NCBI GenBank assembly: GCA_051439505.1
Contig: JBFRWI010000100.1
Span: 69,424 to 133,423 of the forward strand
Origin: Hormoscilla sp.
GTDB lineage: Bacteria; Cyanobacteriota; Cyanobacteriia; Cyanobacteriales; Desertifilaceae
DNA: 64,000 nucleotides
Direction: 5' to 3'
Shown: piece after piece, positions 19,945 to 30,301 of the stretch
Numbering within the stretch: position 1 is the first letter of the stretch
Layout of the letters: each line of letters starts with the position of its first letter
Position numbers and translations under genes: made by a program
Notes under the pieces: model-generated
What the model was told of the DNA's origin: nothing
What the model saw: the letters and a program-made list of their open reading frames with translations, nothing else
Database searches by the model: none

Positions 19945-20214
19945 ATGAGTGATGAGTCAGTGGGGGATGGGGCCCTAGCAAAAGATCGAATAATCGCCTA
20001 TGAACTAGCTGTTTCCCAGCAGCAAGCAAAGGAGTTAGCAGGAGACTTACAGCAATTTGAAGCCCAGTATAAAATGTCATCATCTGATTTTGCACGGCGC
20101 TTCCAAGCAGGAGAATTAGGGGATGATGTTGATTTTGTCGAGTGGAATGCCTTTTATCAAATGTGGTGTTCTGTACAAAAACGCCTGCCGATTCTGGAAT
20201 CTGAGCTAGACTGA
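19945..20214 (+). CDS. Small acidic protein, putative antitoxin
   Basis: LQQFEAQYKMSSSDFARRFQAGELGDDVDFVEW pattern; no partner ORF follows. Confidence 0.6.
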   Translation: MSDESVGDGALAKDRIIAYELAVSQQQAKELAGDLQQFEAQYKMSSSDFARRFQAGELGDDVDFVEWNAFYQMWCSVQKRLPILESELD

Positions 20215-20624
20215 TGCTGTCAGTTTGCCATCAACCTGGTTTCTTATCCAAAAGTGAGATACTCCTTTTGCCTGAAATAGGGGCGATCGCCTTTACCGGG
20301 ACGACGGGACTAGGGGCGATCGCCTGACATTCATTCTTCTGACAGACTCAACGGCAGCATTGCGTTTTTCTATCTCCTCTTGAGAACAGCGGGGCCGATC
20401 GCTCAACAATGGCATACCTCTTGGCACCCGCCTACGAGTTTTCTGAATCATCGAAACCAACTCCATTCTTCATTCTTTCACATTAGTTTAGCATCCAATG
20501 GGCTGCGATCGCCATCTGCTGCCCGGCGATCTGACTACTTTCACAATAACCCCCGATCGCGTCATGTGATATCATATCATAATCAGGGGAAATCTTGGTG
20601 GGCGGTGCCCACCCTACAAAACAA

Positions 20625-20730
20625 TTAGCCATTAGCAATTAGCAATTAACAATTAGCAATTAACAATTAACAATTAGCCATTAGCAATTAGCAATTAGCA
20701 ATTAGCAATTAGCCATTAGCCATTAACAAT
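20625..20730. repeat. STRR-like heptamer array TTA(G/A)C(A/C)A, about 15 units
   Basis: Seen directly; shorter arrays at ~30270, ~41527 and ~43720. Confidence 0.9.
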
Positions 20731-20732
20731 CT

Positions 20733-21368
20733 TCAATAGATCTGCTCTAAGCGACGAAACTCTCTTTCCACTTCCTCCCACAGAGAACGGTTATGGGGGT
20801 CGGTTTTCAGAGCCTTTTTCAGATAAACTCTCGCCTTATTCACCTGCTTTTTATCGATCAGATGACTGCCCCAAAGTTGATAGACGATCGCCTGCCACTG
20901 ACGCACCTCCCGGTCCTGAGGAAAGCGCCCCGCCAGTGCTTCCACAAGGGCGATCGCCCGTGGTAATTTCCGTGCAATAAACAATTCTTGCAACTGTTTA
21001 TAGGAACTATCTTTCAGCTTCTGGTCAGCTTCTGACAGCGGTTTTACATATTCATATTTTTGCTCTTTTTGCTCTTTTTGCTCTGTTTCATTTTTTGAAC
21101 TCTTGGTCTTTACCTTCACCTTCACCGTTGTCTGAGGTGGCTCCTGTTTTCTCTCACTTCCCTGGGGCGCTTTAGTATCTGACGATACAACGCCCAGGAG
21201 AAACTTGTAAGCGTCCGTCAATTGGATAAACTTCTGGGAGGCAAGCTTATCAGTAGAATTGACATCAGGATGATACTGGCGTGCCAACCGGCGGTAAGAA
21301 GACTTGATCTCCGCCAAAGACGCCCCAGGTCTTAACCCCAACAGTCGATAGCACTCGGGAATATCCAT
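20733..21368 (-). CDS. DnaJ (J-domain) protein with C-terminal TPR-like helices
   Basis: YRRLARQYHPD motif. Confidence 0.9.
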   Translation of the reverse strand: MDIPECYRLLGLRPGASLAEIKSSYRRLARQYHPDVNSTDKLASQKFIQLTDAYKFLLGVVSSDTKAPQGSERKQEPPQTTVKVKVKTKSSKNETEQKEQKEQKYEYVKPLSEADQKLKDSSYKQLQELFIARKLPRAIALVEALAGRFPQDREVRQWQAIVYQLWGSHLIDKKQVNKARVYLKKALKTDPHNRSLWEEVEREFRRLEQIY

Positions 21369-21528
21369 AATCAAAAATGGCAGAATTTTTTCAATTCTGC
21401 CATTTTGTAAGCTAGATTAACAAATGGGAAACGGGTGCATCTGGTATGCAAGTAATCTAGCCCGCGCAGGCGGGCGCAAGTTCAGTGTAGCCGGGCCCTT
21501 TAGGGTTCGGGCACCTGGGAAACGAAAA

Positions 21529-22137
21529 TCATTGCCTTGCTACATCCCGGTCCTGGATCACCCGGTCAATCAGACCGTACTCCTGGGCCTCTTCAGCAGA
21601 CATGAAATAATCGCGATCGGTATCCTTTTGAATTTTTTCGATTGATTGACCCGTGTGCTTGACTAACAGCTCGTTTAGCTGCTCGCGAGTCCGGAGAATC
21701 TGCTTCGCTTCGATCTGGATATCAGTCGCTTGTCGGCGTCCAATCCCGCCGAGGGGTTGATGGATCATAATCCGCGAATTAGGCAATGCCAACCGCTTAC
21801 CCTTGCTTCCTGCTGCCAACAGGAAAGCACCCATACTAGCAGCGAGACCGACACAAATCGTTACCACCTCACACTTGATATGCTGCATGGTATCGTAAAT
21901 CGCCATGCCCGCAGTCACCGAGCCACCTGGAGAGTTGATGTAGACATAAATCGGTTTGCTCGGATCGTCAGAGTCCAGGTAGAGCATCACTGCTACAATT
22001 GAATTAGCCAGGGAATCTGTAACTTCCCGACCGAGAAAGATAATCCGCTCCTGATAGAGACGATCGTAAATACTAATCCACCGCTCGTAGGGACTACCAG
22101 GCATGCGGTAAGGAACACTGGGAACACCGATAGGCAT
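21529..22137 (-). CDS. clpP: ATP-dependent Clp protease proteolytic subunit (ClpP3-type)
   Basis: YINSPGG; AASMG (Ser); RIMIHQP (His); DRD (Asp). Confidence 0.95.
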   Translation of the reverse strand: MPIGVPSVPYRMPGSPYERWISIYDRLYQERIIFLGREVTDSLANSIVAVMLYLDSDDPSKPIYVYINSPGGSVTAGMAIYDTMQHIKCEVVTICVGLAASMGAFLLAAGSKGKRLALPNSRIMIHQPLGGIGRRQATDIQIEAKQILRTREQLNELLVKHTGQSIEKIQKDTDRDYFMSAEEAQEYGLIDRVIQDRDVARQ

Positions 22138-22178
22138 AGGACAACTCTACTCTTTATCAAAATTGAATGAAATAGGAA

Positions 22179-22865
22179 CTAAGTCAAGGCAGGTACGGGT
22201 TGAGGCAGTTCTTTGGTACTTTCCAAGACCTTGTCGATCAGGCCATATTCTTTTGCCTCTTCGGGGGTCAGATAGAACATCCGGTCCATATCCTGGGCAA
22301 TCTTCTCTACTGGTTGACCCGTATTTTGGGAGAAGATACTCAGCATGGTTGCCTTATTGTCTAGAACTTCCTTGGCCCGGATTTGAATATCCGTAGCTTG
22401 ACCCTGAGTTCCGGTCCTCGGCTGGTTGAGGACAATTGTAGCATGGCCCAGACTGGCTCTGGACCCCTTGGTGCCCGCTGAGAGAATCATCGCCGCTGTC
22501 CCCATCGCTTGACCGATGCAGATCGTATTTACAGGGGGCTTGATGTACTTCAGGGTATCGCAGATGGCAAAGGCTTCGGTTTCAAAGCCGATCGCCTCTC
22601 CACCATACCAAGAGGTGCCTGTCGAGTTAATGTAAAAGTAGATCGGCTTCTCTGGGTTATCAAATTCTAGGTAAAGCAATTGAGCGACGATCAGTTCTGT
22701 TACGTCTATGCCGACTCTCTGCTTGAGATCGTCGTCGGAAAATAAGGGCAAACCCAGATAGACAATGCGTTCCTTCAGCAATAAGGAAGCTAAATCTGGG
22801 GGTGGTGTCCGATAATATGCATCTCCGTAGTATGCAGATTGAGCAGCCCGAATCGGTGAGTTCAT
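22179..22865 (-). CDS. clpR: ClpR, non-catalytic Clp subunit
   Basis: RTPPPDLASLLLKERI; no catalytic Ser/His (GQAMGTA, VLNQP); upstream of clpP. Confidence 0.88.
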   Translation of the reverse strand: MNSPIRAAQSAYYGDAYYRTPPPDLASLLLKERIVYLGLPLFSDDDLKQRVGIDVTELIVAQLLYLEFDNPEKPIYFYINSTGTSWYGGEAIGFETEAFAICDTLKYIKPPVNTICIGQAMGTAAMILSAGTKGSRASLGHATIVLNQPRTGTQGQATDIQIRAKEVLDNKATMLSIFSQNTGQPVEKIAQDMDRMFYLTPEEAKEYGLIDKVLESTKELPQPVPALT

Positions 22866-23212
22866 TTTGCGTTACGGCCTAAACCACTGTCGTTTTACTT
22901 ATGGTAGCTTGGAACTGCCTACTATTGGTGATTGCCGATGGCGGATTGCCGAATCGGCTCAAAATGTGCGAGCACCGGTACTCTGATATAACTGTGAGAT
23001 AACCGGTGAGTCTGGAACAATATACAGATAACTGACAACTAACGGACAGGGAAGACTACGCTGGACGGGATAGGGGAGACTCAGGGGAGACTACGCCGGA
23101 TGTGACAAGGGATGGCTTATGCTGGTGAATGCCAGGTTGGGCTCCGAAGCGGTTGCCTCAGTGCAGTTATCTGGAGTGTTATCATATTATGGGAAATCGG
23201 GAGTTTTGTGTT

Positions 23213-24460
23213 ATGAGAGTTGGTCTAAAAGCTGCCTTGAGTGATGCCAATATTGATGAGCGATCGCCTTCTAATCAGCGTCAGCTAGCGATTTCCACTG
23301 AAGCGATCGCCTCCACTGACTTGTCCGGGTCCAGGTCCGTGCCCCTGAATTTGTGCCTCATTCTGGACCACAGCGGTTCCATGGGTGGGCGTCCTCTGAA
23401 AACGGTTAAACAGGCAGCCCAGCAGCTTGTAGACCGGCTGAACCCAGGCGATCGCCTCTCGGTAGTAGTCTTCGATCATAGGGCGAAAGTGATAGTCCCC
23501 AACGGCGAGATCTCCGACCCGCGCAGCATTAAGCGTCAGATCGACAAGCTGCGTGCAGATGGGGGAACTGCCATTGACGAGGGGTTGCGGTTGGGAATTG
23601 AAGAACTAGGAAAAGGTAAAAAAGATACAGTCTCCCAAGCATTTTTGCTAACAGATGGCGAAAACGAGCATGGGTCTAATGATAAATGCCTCAAATTTGC
23701 CAAGTTGGCAACGGAGTATAATTTAACATTGAATACCCTGGGATTTGGGGCCCACTGGAACCAGGATATTTTAGAAGCCATTGCCGATGCTGGGGGCGGT
23801 ACGATGGCTTATATTGAGCGCCCCGAACAGGCAGTAGATGAATTTGGACGCCTGTTTAATCGCATTCAGTCTGTGGGGTTAACCAATGCCTACCTGCGCC
23901 TATCTCTGATGCCCAAGGTCCGTCTCGCGGAACTCAAACCTATTGCCCAGGTGTCCCCGGATGCGATCGAACTGCCAGTACAACCGGAAGGGGATGCCTT
24001 CGTGGTGCGTCTGGGAGACTTGATGACGGGGGATCCGCGAGTAGTGCTAGCAAATCTTTACATCGGTCAGTTGTCCCTGGGAAGTCAGGCGATCGCCCAA
24101 GTGCAAATACAATACGATGACCCATCTGTCGGTCAAGAGGGTTTGCGATCGGAAAATCTCCGAGTTGAGGCCAATGTGGTCAGCGCTTACCAACCAGCTA
24201 TCAACCCAGAGGTGCAACCCCACGTGCTAGCTTTGGCTAAATATCGGCAAACTAAGATAGCGGAAACTAGACTGCAACAGGGCGATCGATCGGGGGCTGC
24301 GACCTTACTGCAAACTGCCGCCAAAACCGCCTTGCAAATGGGTGACAAAGGCGCTGCTACAGTCCTGCAAGAGAATGCCACCCGTTTGCAATCAGGAGAA
24401 GAACTCTCCGATGAGGATAAAAAGAAAACCCGCATTGTCTCTAAGACGATTTTGCAGTAG
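23213..24460 (+). CDS. von Willebrand factor A domain protein (YfbK-like)
   Basis: MIDAS DHSGSM; GGT; LLTDG. Confidence 0.9.
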   Translation: MRVGLKAALSDANIDERSPSNQRQLAISTEAIASTDLSGSRSVPLNLCLILDHSGSMGGRPLKTVKQAAQQLVDRLNPGDRLSVVVFDHRAKVIVPNGEISDPRSIKRQIDKLRADGGTAIDEGLRLGIEELGKGKKDTVSQAFLLTDGENEHGSNDKCLKFAKLATEYNLTLNTLGFGAHWNQDILEAIADAGGGTMAYIERPEQAVDEFGRLFNRIQSVGLTNAYLRLSLMPKVRLAELKPIAQVSPDAIELPVQPEGDAFVVRLGDLMTGDPRVVLANLYIGQLSLGSQAIAQVQIQYDDPSVGQEGLRSENLRVEANVVSAYQPAINPEVQPHVLALAKYRQTKIAETRLQQGDRSGAATLLQTAAKTALQMGDKGAATVLQENATRLQSGEELSDEDKKKTRIVSKTILQ

Positions 24461-24730
24461 TTTTTGCCCGCTAGTGAATGGGCGAAACCCGGTTCAAAAA
24501 CCGGGTTTCTGGGCTACTCCTGAAACCGTCCCTCCAGCAAGGAACGATCGCGTTCGCGGGAATCACGCTTCGTGATTACTACAAACAGGTAAATACGAGA
24601 ACAAATCGATACCCTTCATATCAATGGCAAAAACTTCAAACCGGGATTAAAAACCCTTTGCCGTTTTGTTCTCGTGTCAAGGGTAAGGTGGGCACCGCCC
24701 ACCTTACTTAGAATGGCACTGAAATAAGCT

Positions 24731-24889
24731 GTCATTGCGAGGGGGGATCGCTTCGAGGGGCAATTATCGGGACATCGGACTGCCCCCCGAAGCAATCTCC
24801 TACCCGCCAAATAAGCGAGGAGATTGCTTCGGGGGGAGTTAACTTATAAGCAGCACAAGTTAACCCCTCTAAGCCCCCCTCGCAATGAC
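24731..24889. repeat. Palindromic MITE/REP-like element (GTCATTGCGAG family)
   Basis: Same terminal and inner inverted repeats as 191-346. Confidence 0.8.
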
Positions 24890-24932
24890 AAATTAGGATA
24901 TTTTGGTTTAAGTCAGTGCTATTCCACATTAT

Positions 24933-26012
24933 TTAGGCGATCGCCTCAGCCTGTGGACGGGCAAAGACCATCCGACCAGCTGAAGTTTGCAGGGCCCCAG
25001 TCACAACTACTCGGACTTCGGTACCAATATGCTTTCCTGCTTCTTCGACCACCACCATCGTGCCATCATCCAGATAACCAACACCTTGCTGGGGTTCTCT
25101 CCCTTGCTTGACAATTTTCAAATTGATGTGGTCTCCCGGGAGATAGGCCGGACGAATTGCTTGGGCCAAGTCGTTAACATTTAATACGGGCACCTTTTGC
25201 AAGCTAGCAACTTTGTTTAAGTTGTAGTCATTGGTCAAGAGGGTGGCGTTTATTTCTTGGGCTAAATGCACTAACTTGGCATCGACTGTGTGAATCTCTT
25301 CATAGTCAGCGGGGTGGATAACTACCCTTTCTGAGTAAGCTTCTTTCAGTCGGTTCAGAATATCCAAACCTCGCCGTCCCCGGATTCGTTTTTGATCGTT
25401 GGCCGAATCTGCTATTATTTGCAACTCTTGTAAGACGAAATGGGGCACCAGAATTTGTCCTTCGATAAATCCAGTGGCGAATAGTTCCTCAATGCGACCG
25501 TCGATAATGCAACTGGTATCCAGAATCTTGCTAGTTGCTGGCTTCAGGGTGCCTTCTGCTAGCAACATGGTTTCCACGCTGTTGGGATTAATCAGTCTCA
25601 AGAAGGACCGACCGTGGGTATCTGCCAGTCCCATGCCGGAGACGGCAAAAATGATACTGACTAAGACTGCTGCCAAGGGTTTAATGAAGCTAAATTCCTT
25701 GGGAATCGGCAACAGGAAAATCGGTGCTAGCATTAAGTTTGCTACTAATAGCCCCATCACTAGGCCAGTGGTACGGGTCAGCAGCACTTCTACCGACATC
25801 TGCCGGACTTGGTTTTCTAGACGGCGGTAGGAGGTTTGGGCGAGTAATCCTACGGCACCGCCAATTATGGCACTAAAACCAGCAGTTACCGATCGCAAGC
25901 CTTCTTGATTGCTGACTTGTGCTAGTGTATGGTGGGGTAGCAACTCAATCCCGTAGAAACCGATACCCACTCCTGTGAGGATGAATGAAATTATAATGAT
26001 TGCATCAAGCAT
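24933..26012 (-). CDS. Membrane PIN/TRAM domain protein (YacL-like)
   Basis: ILDTSCIIDGRI; RGRRGLDIL; TNDYNLNKVA; GYLDDGTMVVVE. Confidence 0.92.
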   Translation of the reverse strand: MLDAIIIISFILTGVGIGFYGIELLPHHTLAQVSNQEGLRSVTAGFSAIIGGAVGLLAQTSYRRLENQVRQMSVEVLLTRTTGLVMGLLVANLMLAPIFLLPIPKEFSFIKPLAAVLVSIIFAVSGMGLADTHGRSFLRLINPNSVETMLLAEGTLKPATSKILDTSCIIDGRIEELFATGFIEGQILVPHFVLQELQIIADSANDQKRIRGRRGLDILNRLKEAYSERVVIHPADYEEIHTVDAKLVHLAQEINATLLTNDYNLNKVASLQKVPVLNVNDLAQAIRPAYLPGDHINLKIVKQGREPQQGVGYLDDGTMVVVEEAGKHIGTEVRVVVTGALQTSAGRMVFARPQAEAIA

Positions 26013-26478
26013 AGTTATATACCTTGAGTTGGGTTTTCCGATCGTCTGGCCTGTGTATCCTGGGATCGCTAGTCGCGCTGCCCAGGATGGGCGGGAAACT
26101 CTCTTACAGCTCACAAGCTTTATCTTTATTATATCGGAGGAGTTGATAGAGATGTTTATTTCCCACTTTCTGATAATGAACTTATTGTACGATATTTATG
26201 CATCGTCGGAGAAGAAATTTAATTAATTTTTTGTAATTGGACCTTGCCCCCGTGCTCGGAATTGCCACCGCTCTCACCCTGTGGGCCGATCGGTCGGCTG
26301 CCCGATCGGGCGGGAGGCACTCGGACTGACAGTATTGATTATCCTAATTTTTGGCAGCGGTAGTGGTGAGGAAGCTCGCAAATACTTTATGATTTTATAA
26401 TGATTGTCTTGAGAATTTGTCAGTCGGCCCCACCCACCAAGGACTAAAGTCCTTACTACGAACCTAATAGATTCTGCC

Positions 26479-27636
26479 ATGCCTCCATCGGCTTATCTAC
26501 ATATTCCTTTCTGCCGCCGTCGGTGCTATTACTGTGATTTTCCGGTGTCGGTGGTGGGCGACCGCACTTGGGGAGAGGGCTCGGGTACGATAATTAAATA
26601 TGTTCGGAAGCTGTGTGAGGAAATAAAAGTAACTTCGGTGTGGGATCGGCCCCTGGAAACGATTTTCTTCGGCGGGGGGACGCCCTCTTTGCTGTCGGTA
26701 GGGCAGTTGGCAGAAATTTTACGGGTGCTCGATCGCCATTTGGGCATTGCTGCTGGTGCGGAGATTTCTATGGAAATGGACCCCGGCACTTTCTCGCGGG
26801 GACAGCTGCAAGGATACACTGTTGCGGGGGTCAATCGCGTCAGTCTGGGGGTGCAGGCTTTTCAAGCAGAACTGCTGCACTTGAGCGGGCGATCGCACTC
26901 AGTGACGGACATTTACGCAGCTGTGGACTGTCTCGCTGATGTGGGGGTAGAGAACTTCAGTCTGGACTTAATATCCGGTTTGCCCCACCAGACGATGGCC
27001 CAATGGCAGGAGTCTCTGGAAAAAGCTGTGGCCATCGGACCCACTCACATCTCCACTTACGACTTGGTGGTGGAGCCAGTTACGGCCTTTGGCCGCCGGT
27101 ACGAACCGGGAGTAGCACCCTTGCCCCCAGAGGAGACCACTGCCCAAATGTATCGCCTCGCCCGGCAAGTGCTGACGGACGCTGGTTACCAGCATTATGA
27201 AATTTCTAACTACGCCAGGCCCGGTTATCAATGTCGTCACAATCGGGTTTACTGGGAAAATCGCCCTTACTATGGTTTTGGCATGGGGGCGGCAAGTTAT
27301 GTTAACCGGGTGCGCTTTACCCGACCCCGCAAGCGATCGGAATATTATCAATGGATCGCAACCGGATGTGTAATTGATGATACTGCCCTATCGGACCAGG
27401 ATCTGTTACTGGAAACTCTGATGCTGGAGTTGCGCTTGGCAGAGGGTTTGAGTCTGGAGAGTTTGCGTCAGAGATTTGGGGAAGCAACTTTGGCACGAAT
27501 TGGCACTTGCTTGGAGCCCTACGTTCGGAAAGGGTGGGTGGAAGTTGTCCGGCAAGAATATCTGCGGTTGAGTTCGCCAGAAGGTTTTTTGTTCTCTAAT
27601 ACCGTGCTAGCGGACTTATTTAGTCAGTTGTCTTAG
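26479..27636 (+). CDS. hemW: Radical SAM heme chaperone
   Basis: YLHIPFCRRRCYYCDF; GGGTPS; YEISN; HNRVYW. Confidence 0.9.
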   Translation: MPPSAYLHIPFCRRRCYYCDFPVSVVGDRTWGEGSGTIIKYVRKLCEEIKVTSVWDRPLETIFFGGGTPSLLSVGQLAEILRVLDRHLGIAAGAEISMEMDPGTFSRGQLQGYTVAGVNRVSLGVQAFQAELLHLSGRSHSVTDIYAAVDCLADVGVENFSLDLISGLPHQTMAQWQESLEKAVAIGPTHISTYDLVVEPVTAFGRRYEPGVAPLPPEETTAQMYRLARQVLTDAGYQHYEISNYARPGYQCRHNRVYWENRPYYGFGMGAASYVNRVRFTRPRKRSEYYQWIATGCVIDDTALSDQDLLLETLMLELRLAEGLSLESLRQRFGEATLARIGTCLEPYVRKGWVEVVRQEYLRLSSPEGFLFSNTVLADLFSQLS

Positions 27637-27824
27637 TATAGTTCAGATAGGCTACATCAATTGGTCCGGATATTTTGCGATCGCATATAGTCAGCTAGCG
27701 CCCTCGTTGTGATATATTTAAAATCACCGCAAAAGTCCCGCCAGATGGCCAAAAATATCTGGTTGGAAGTTGTTGCGAATATAACCAACTAGAGATAAAA
27801 TACTTAATGGGTGATTAAAGCAAC

Positions 27825-28424
27825 ATGATATCAGGAGCAACCATGTTGATGTCCGTAAATATTCCGTCAACAGTAAATCTGAAAGTGAGTCACTCCCAAG
27901 TGGTTCAGTTAGCTAGGGCGAACAGAGATTTGCGGTTAGAAAGAACTGCTACAGGAGATTTAATAGTTATGCCGCCTACGGGAAGCGAAACAGGGAAACG
28001 TAATTTGGAAATAGAAGGACAACTTTGGCAATGGAACCGACAGACTCAGTTAGGCCAGGCATTTAATTCATCTACTGGATTTCATTTACCCAATGGTGCA
28101 GATCGGTCCCCGGATGCGGCCTGGGTCAGTCAAGCAAAATGGGATGCGCTCACTCCGGCAGAACGAGAAGGTTTTGCGCCAATTTGTCCGGACTTCGTTG
28201 TCGAATTACGGTCTAAATCCGATACGATCGAACATCTGCGTAGGAAAATGAGGGAGTATCTGGAAAACCAGGCGCGTTTAGGATGGCTAATTGACAGGCA
28301 AAATAGGCGGGTGGAAATCTACCGGCAAGGTCAGGAGGTAGAAGTGTTGGAAAATCCGGGCAATTTGTCCGGTGAAGATGTGCTGCCCGGTTTTGTGTTA
28401 GATTTAACCTTTGTTTGGGATTGA
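27825..28424 (+). CDS. Uma2 family endonuclease
   Basis: RSPDAAW; PDFVVELRS; KMREY..GWLID; LSGEDVLPGF. Confidence 0.92.
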   Translation: MISGATMLMSVNIPSTVNLKVSHSQVVQLARANRDLRLERTATGDLIVMPPTGSETGKRNLEIEGQLWQWNRQTQLGQAFNSSTGFHLPNGADRSPDAAWVSQAKWDALTPAEREGFAPICPDFVVELRSKSDTIEHLRRKMREYLENQARLGWLIDRQNRRVEIYRQGQEVEVLENPGNLSGEDVLPGFVLDLTFVWD

Positions 28425-28463
28425 GGGCATCGCCAGGGAGCAAATAGATCGCACTATCAGATT

Positions 28464-29372
28464 ATGGCAAGCTGGTGTACTCAGAGGCGATCGCGCCTAA
28501 TTTCTCTGTTCTTGATTATCATAGGGTTGCCGCTGCTGTGGTATGGGGGACTGCTGCTGCTGCGCCCCCCCAGAACCAACCAGGAACGGGTGTTGTTTCG
28601 GGGCATTACCTACAAGCGGTTAGCCCGTTCTGTGCCCCGTCCGCTAATGATCCATATCGTCACTATTGACTTAACTGCCCCCGGGATTAATGTCTTTGTG
28701 ACCCCAGGCAGTCCAGGACCCGATCGCGCGGAAATTCCGGCCCGAACTACATCCGAATTTGTCCGCGAGTTTCAGGTGCAATTCGCTGTCAATGGCAGTT
28801 TCTTTTACCCATTCTATACTAAGACCCCCTGGGATTATTATCCCCGATCGGGCGATCGGGTGGATGTCAAAGGAAAAGCTATTGCCAATGGAGTAGAATA
28901 TTCCCAGGGGGATCCCGGATGGTTTGCCTTATGTTTCTCAGCAGAGGGTCGGGCGCAAATTACCGGCCACCATCAATGTCCTGAGGGTACAATGGAAGCA
29001 GTAGCGGGGGGAACGATTTTAGTTTGGCATGGCAAGCAAACGCGATTAGGCAAAGGTGGGATATATGATGGACTGTATCCGCGCACGGCAGTAGGAATTG
29101 ACAAAAAGGGTGAGAAAATCTGGATAATTGCGATCGACGGTCGTCAAGCTTATTATAGTGAGGGTGTTTCCTTACCAGAACTAGCTGATATCTTGATAGA
29201 ATTAGGTGTGGAAACAGCCCTGAACTTGGATGGAGGCGGTTCGACAACCTTAGTCCTAGGAGATCCCAAACCCAGAGTATTAAATGCACCAATTCATACT
29301 CGCATTCCCATGCGCCAGCGCCCCGTTGCCAATCATTTGGGCTTCTATGCGATCGGGAACGAGCAACTATGA
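28464..29372 (+). CDS. Phosphodiester glycosidase (NAGPA) family protein
   Basis: VNGSFF; PRTAVG; DGRQ; LNLDGGGS. Confidence 0.88.
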   Translation: MASWCTQRRSRLISLFLIIIGLPLLWYGGLLLLRPPRTNQERVLFRGITYKRLARSVPRPLMIHIVTIDLTAPGINVFVTPGSPGPDRAEIPARTTSEFVREFQVQFAVNGSFFYPFYTKTPWDYYPRSGDRVDVKGKAIANGVEYSQGDPGWFALCFSAEGRAQITGHHQCPEGTMEAVAGGTILVWHGKQTRLGKGGIYDGLYPRTAVGIDKKGEKIWIIAIDGRQAYYSEGVSLPELADILIELGVETALNLDGGGSTTLVLGDPKPRVLNAPIHTRIPMRQRPVANHLGFYAIGNEQL

Positions 29373-29380
29373 TACTAAAT

Positions 29381-29401
29381 GTAGGGTGGGCACCGCCCAC
29401 C
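29381..29401. repeat. GTAG-type REP hairpin GTAGGGTGGGC-N3-GCCCACC
   Basis: Copies at 20597-20617 (inverted), 34179-34199 (inverted), 35546-35566, 38137, 38188, 44840-44860 and 45030-45050 (inverted). Confidence 0.8.
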
Positions 29402-29711
29402 AGAAGCTAAATGTAGGCATCGCCCACCAGAAGCTACATAGAGAATATATGAAATCCAATGGTATGGAAAATGGCTGAAGTTATTACCCTGGAACTCCCG
29501 GAACCCCTTGTACTTTTCTGACTTCGCTGTCAGCCCGCCGTGGGTTAAAACCCACGGCTAATAGCTAAAGTCGGTTAAAACCGACTAATAGGATAATAAT
29601 AAACTAATTCTAGCAGTTTTTTTTCAAAATGGTATTACCCATGCAAAGTTTCTCCGGGATGAGGTTTCCGATCGCGATCGGGTTACTGATGAAGGATTGT
29701 CCAGTACAGTA

Positions 29712-30188
29712 TCAGTAAAGGTTTTTTCGTACTTGGTGGAAGGTGACAACGACGCTATCGTCTACTCGATCGCAGTTTACTTGAAAGCAGCGTTGGGGAT
29801 ACAGTTGTTGCAGACGACTTTGCCACATTTGGGCGATCGCCTTTCCCAGATAAAGTATATTTTCCGTACCTACGTCCTGGGATCCTGGGAGAAGATCGTC
29901 TATGTGTTGATGGTTGATTACCTGCTCAATTGAGGTAATGTCGTTTCCTAGGGTTGCTTTCCACTGCTCGTAGTTCTGGCGCTCGAACGCTTCTGATAAA
30001 AATATACCACCTTCATGCTCGATCGCATCTGGCCAAAATAGTTTAGTGAAAGCTATCGCCATTTCCACGCTAGCGACTCCAAATAGATAGTCCCAGAGGG
30101 AAAAGTCATCATTGTTAACTTTTTGCCACTGCTGGAAGTCGGGAAGCTGGTCTGCGTTCAATATAGTTCTTGGTTTGACGATCGTCAT
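29712..30188 (-). CDS. Hypothetical protein, possible orphan immunity-type protein
   Basis: Clean ORF with LFWPD.IEH.G.IF...IEQVINH.HI.D..MW..RL...YP pattern; function inferred only. Confidence 0.55.
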   Translation of the reverse strand: MTIVKPRTILNADQLPDFQQWQKVNNDDFSLWDYLFGVASVEMAIAFTKLFWPDAIEHEGGIFLSEAFERQNYEQWKATLGNDITSIEQVINHQHIDDLLPGSQDVGTENILYLGKAIAQMWQSRLQQLYPQRCFQVNCDRVDDSVVVTFHQVRKNLY

Positions 30189-30301
30189 TTCTAAGTTACC
30201 TCATCTACTCTTGCTGGTCTAACTTTTTTCTCCGCTTGTACGAAGATGTTTCCCGTAAGTCCTGACACAATTAGCAATTAGCAATGAACAATTAGCAACA
30301 A

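Noticed and set aside
22179..22865. Inactivated clpP pseudogene
   Set aside because: Lack of catalytic residues is normal for ClpR
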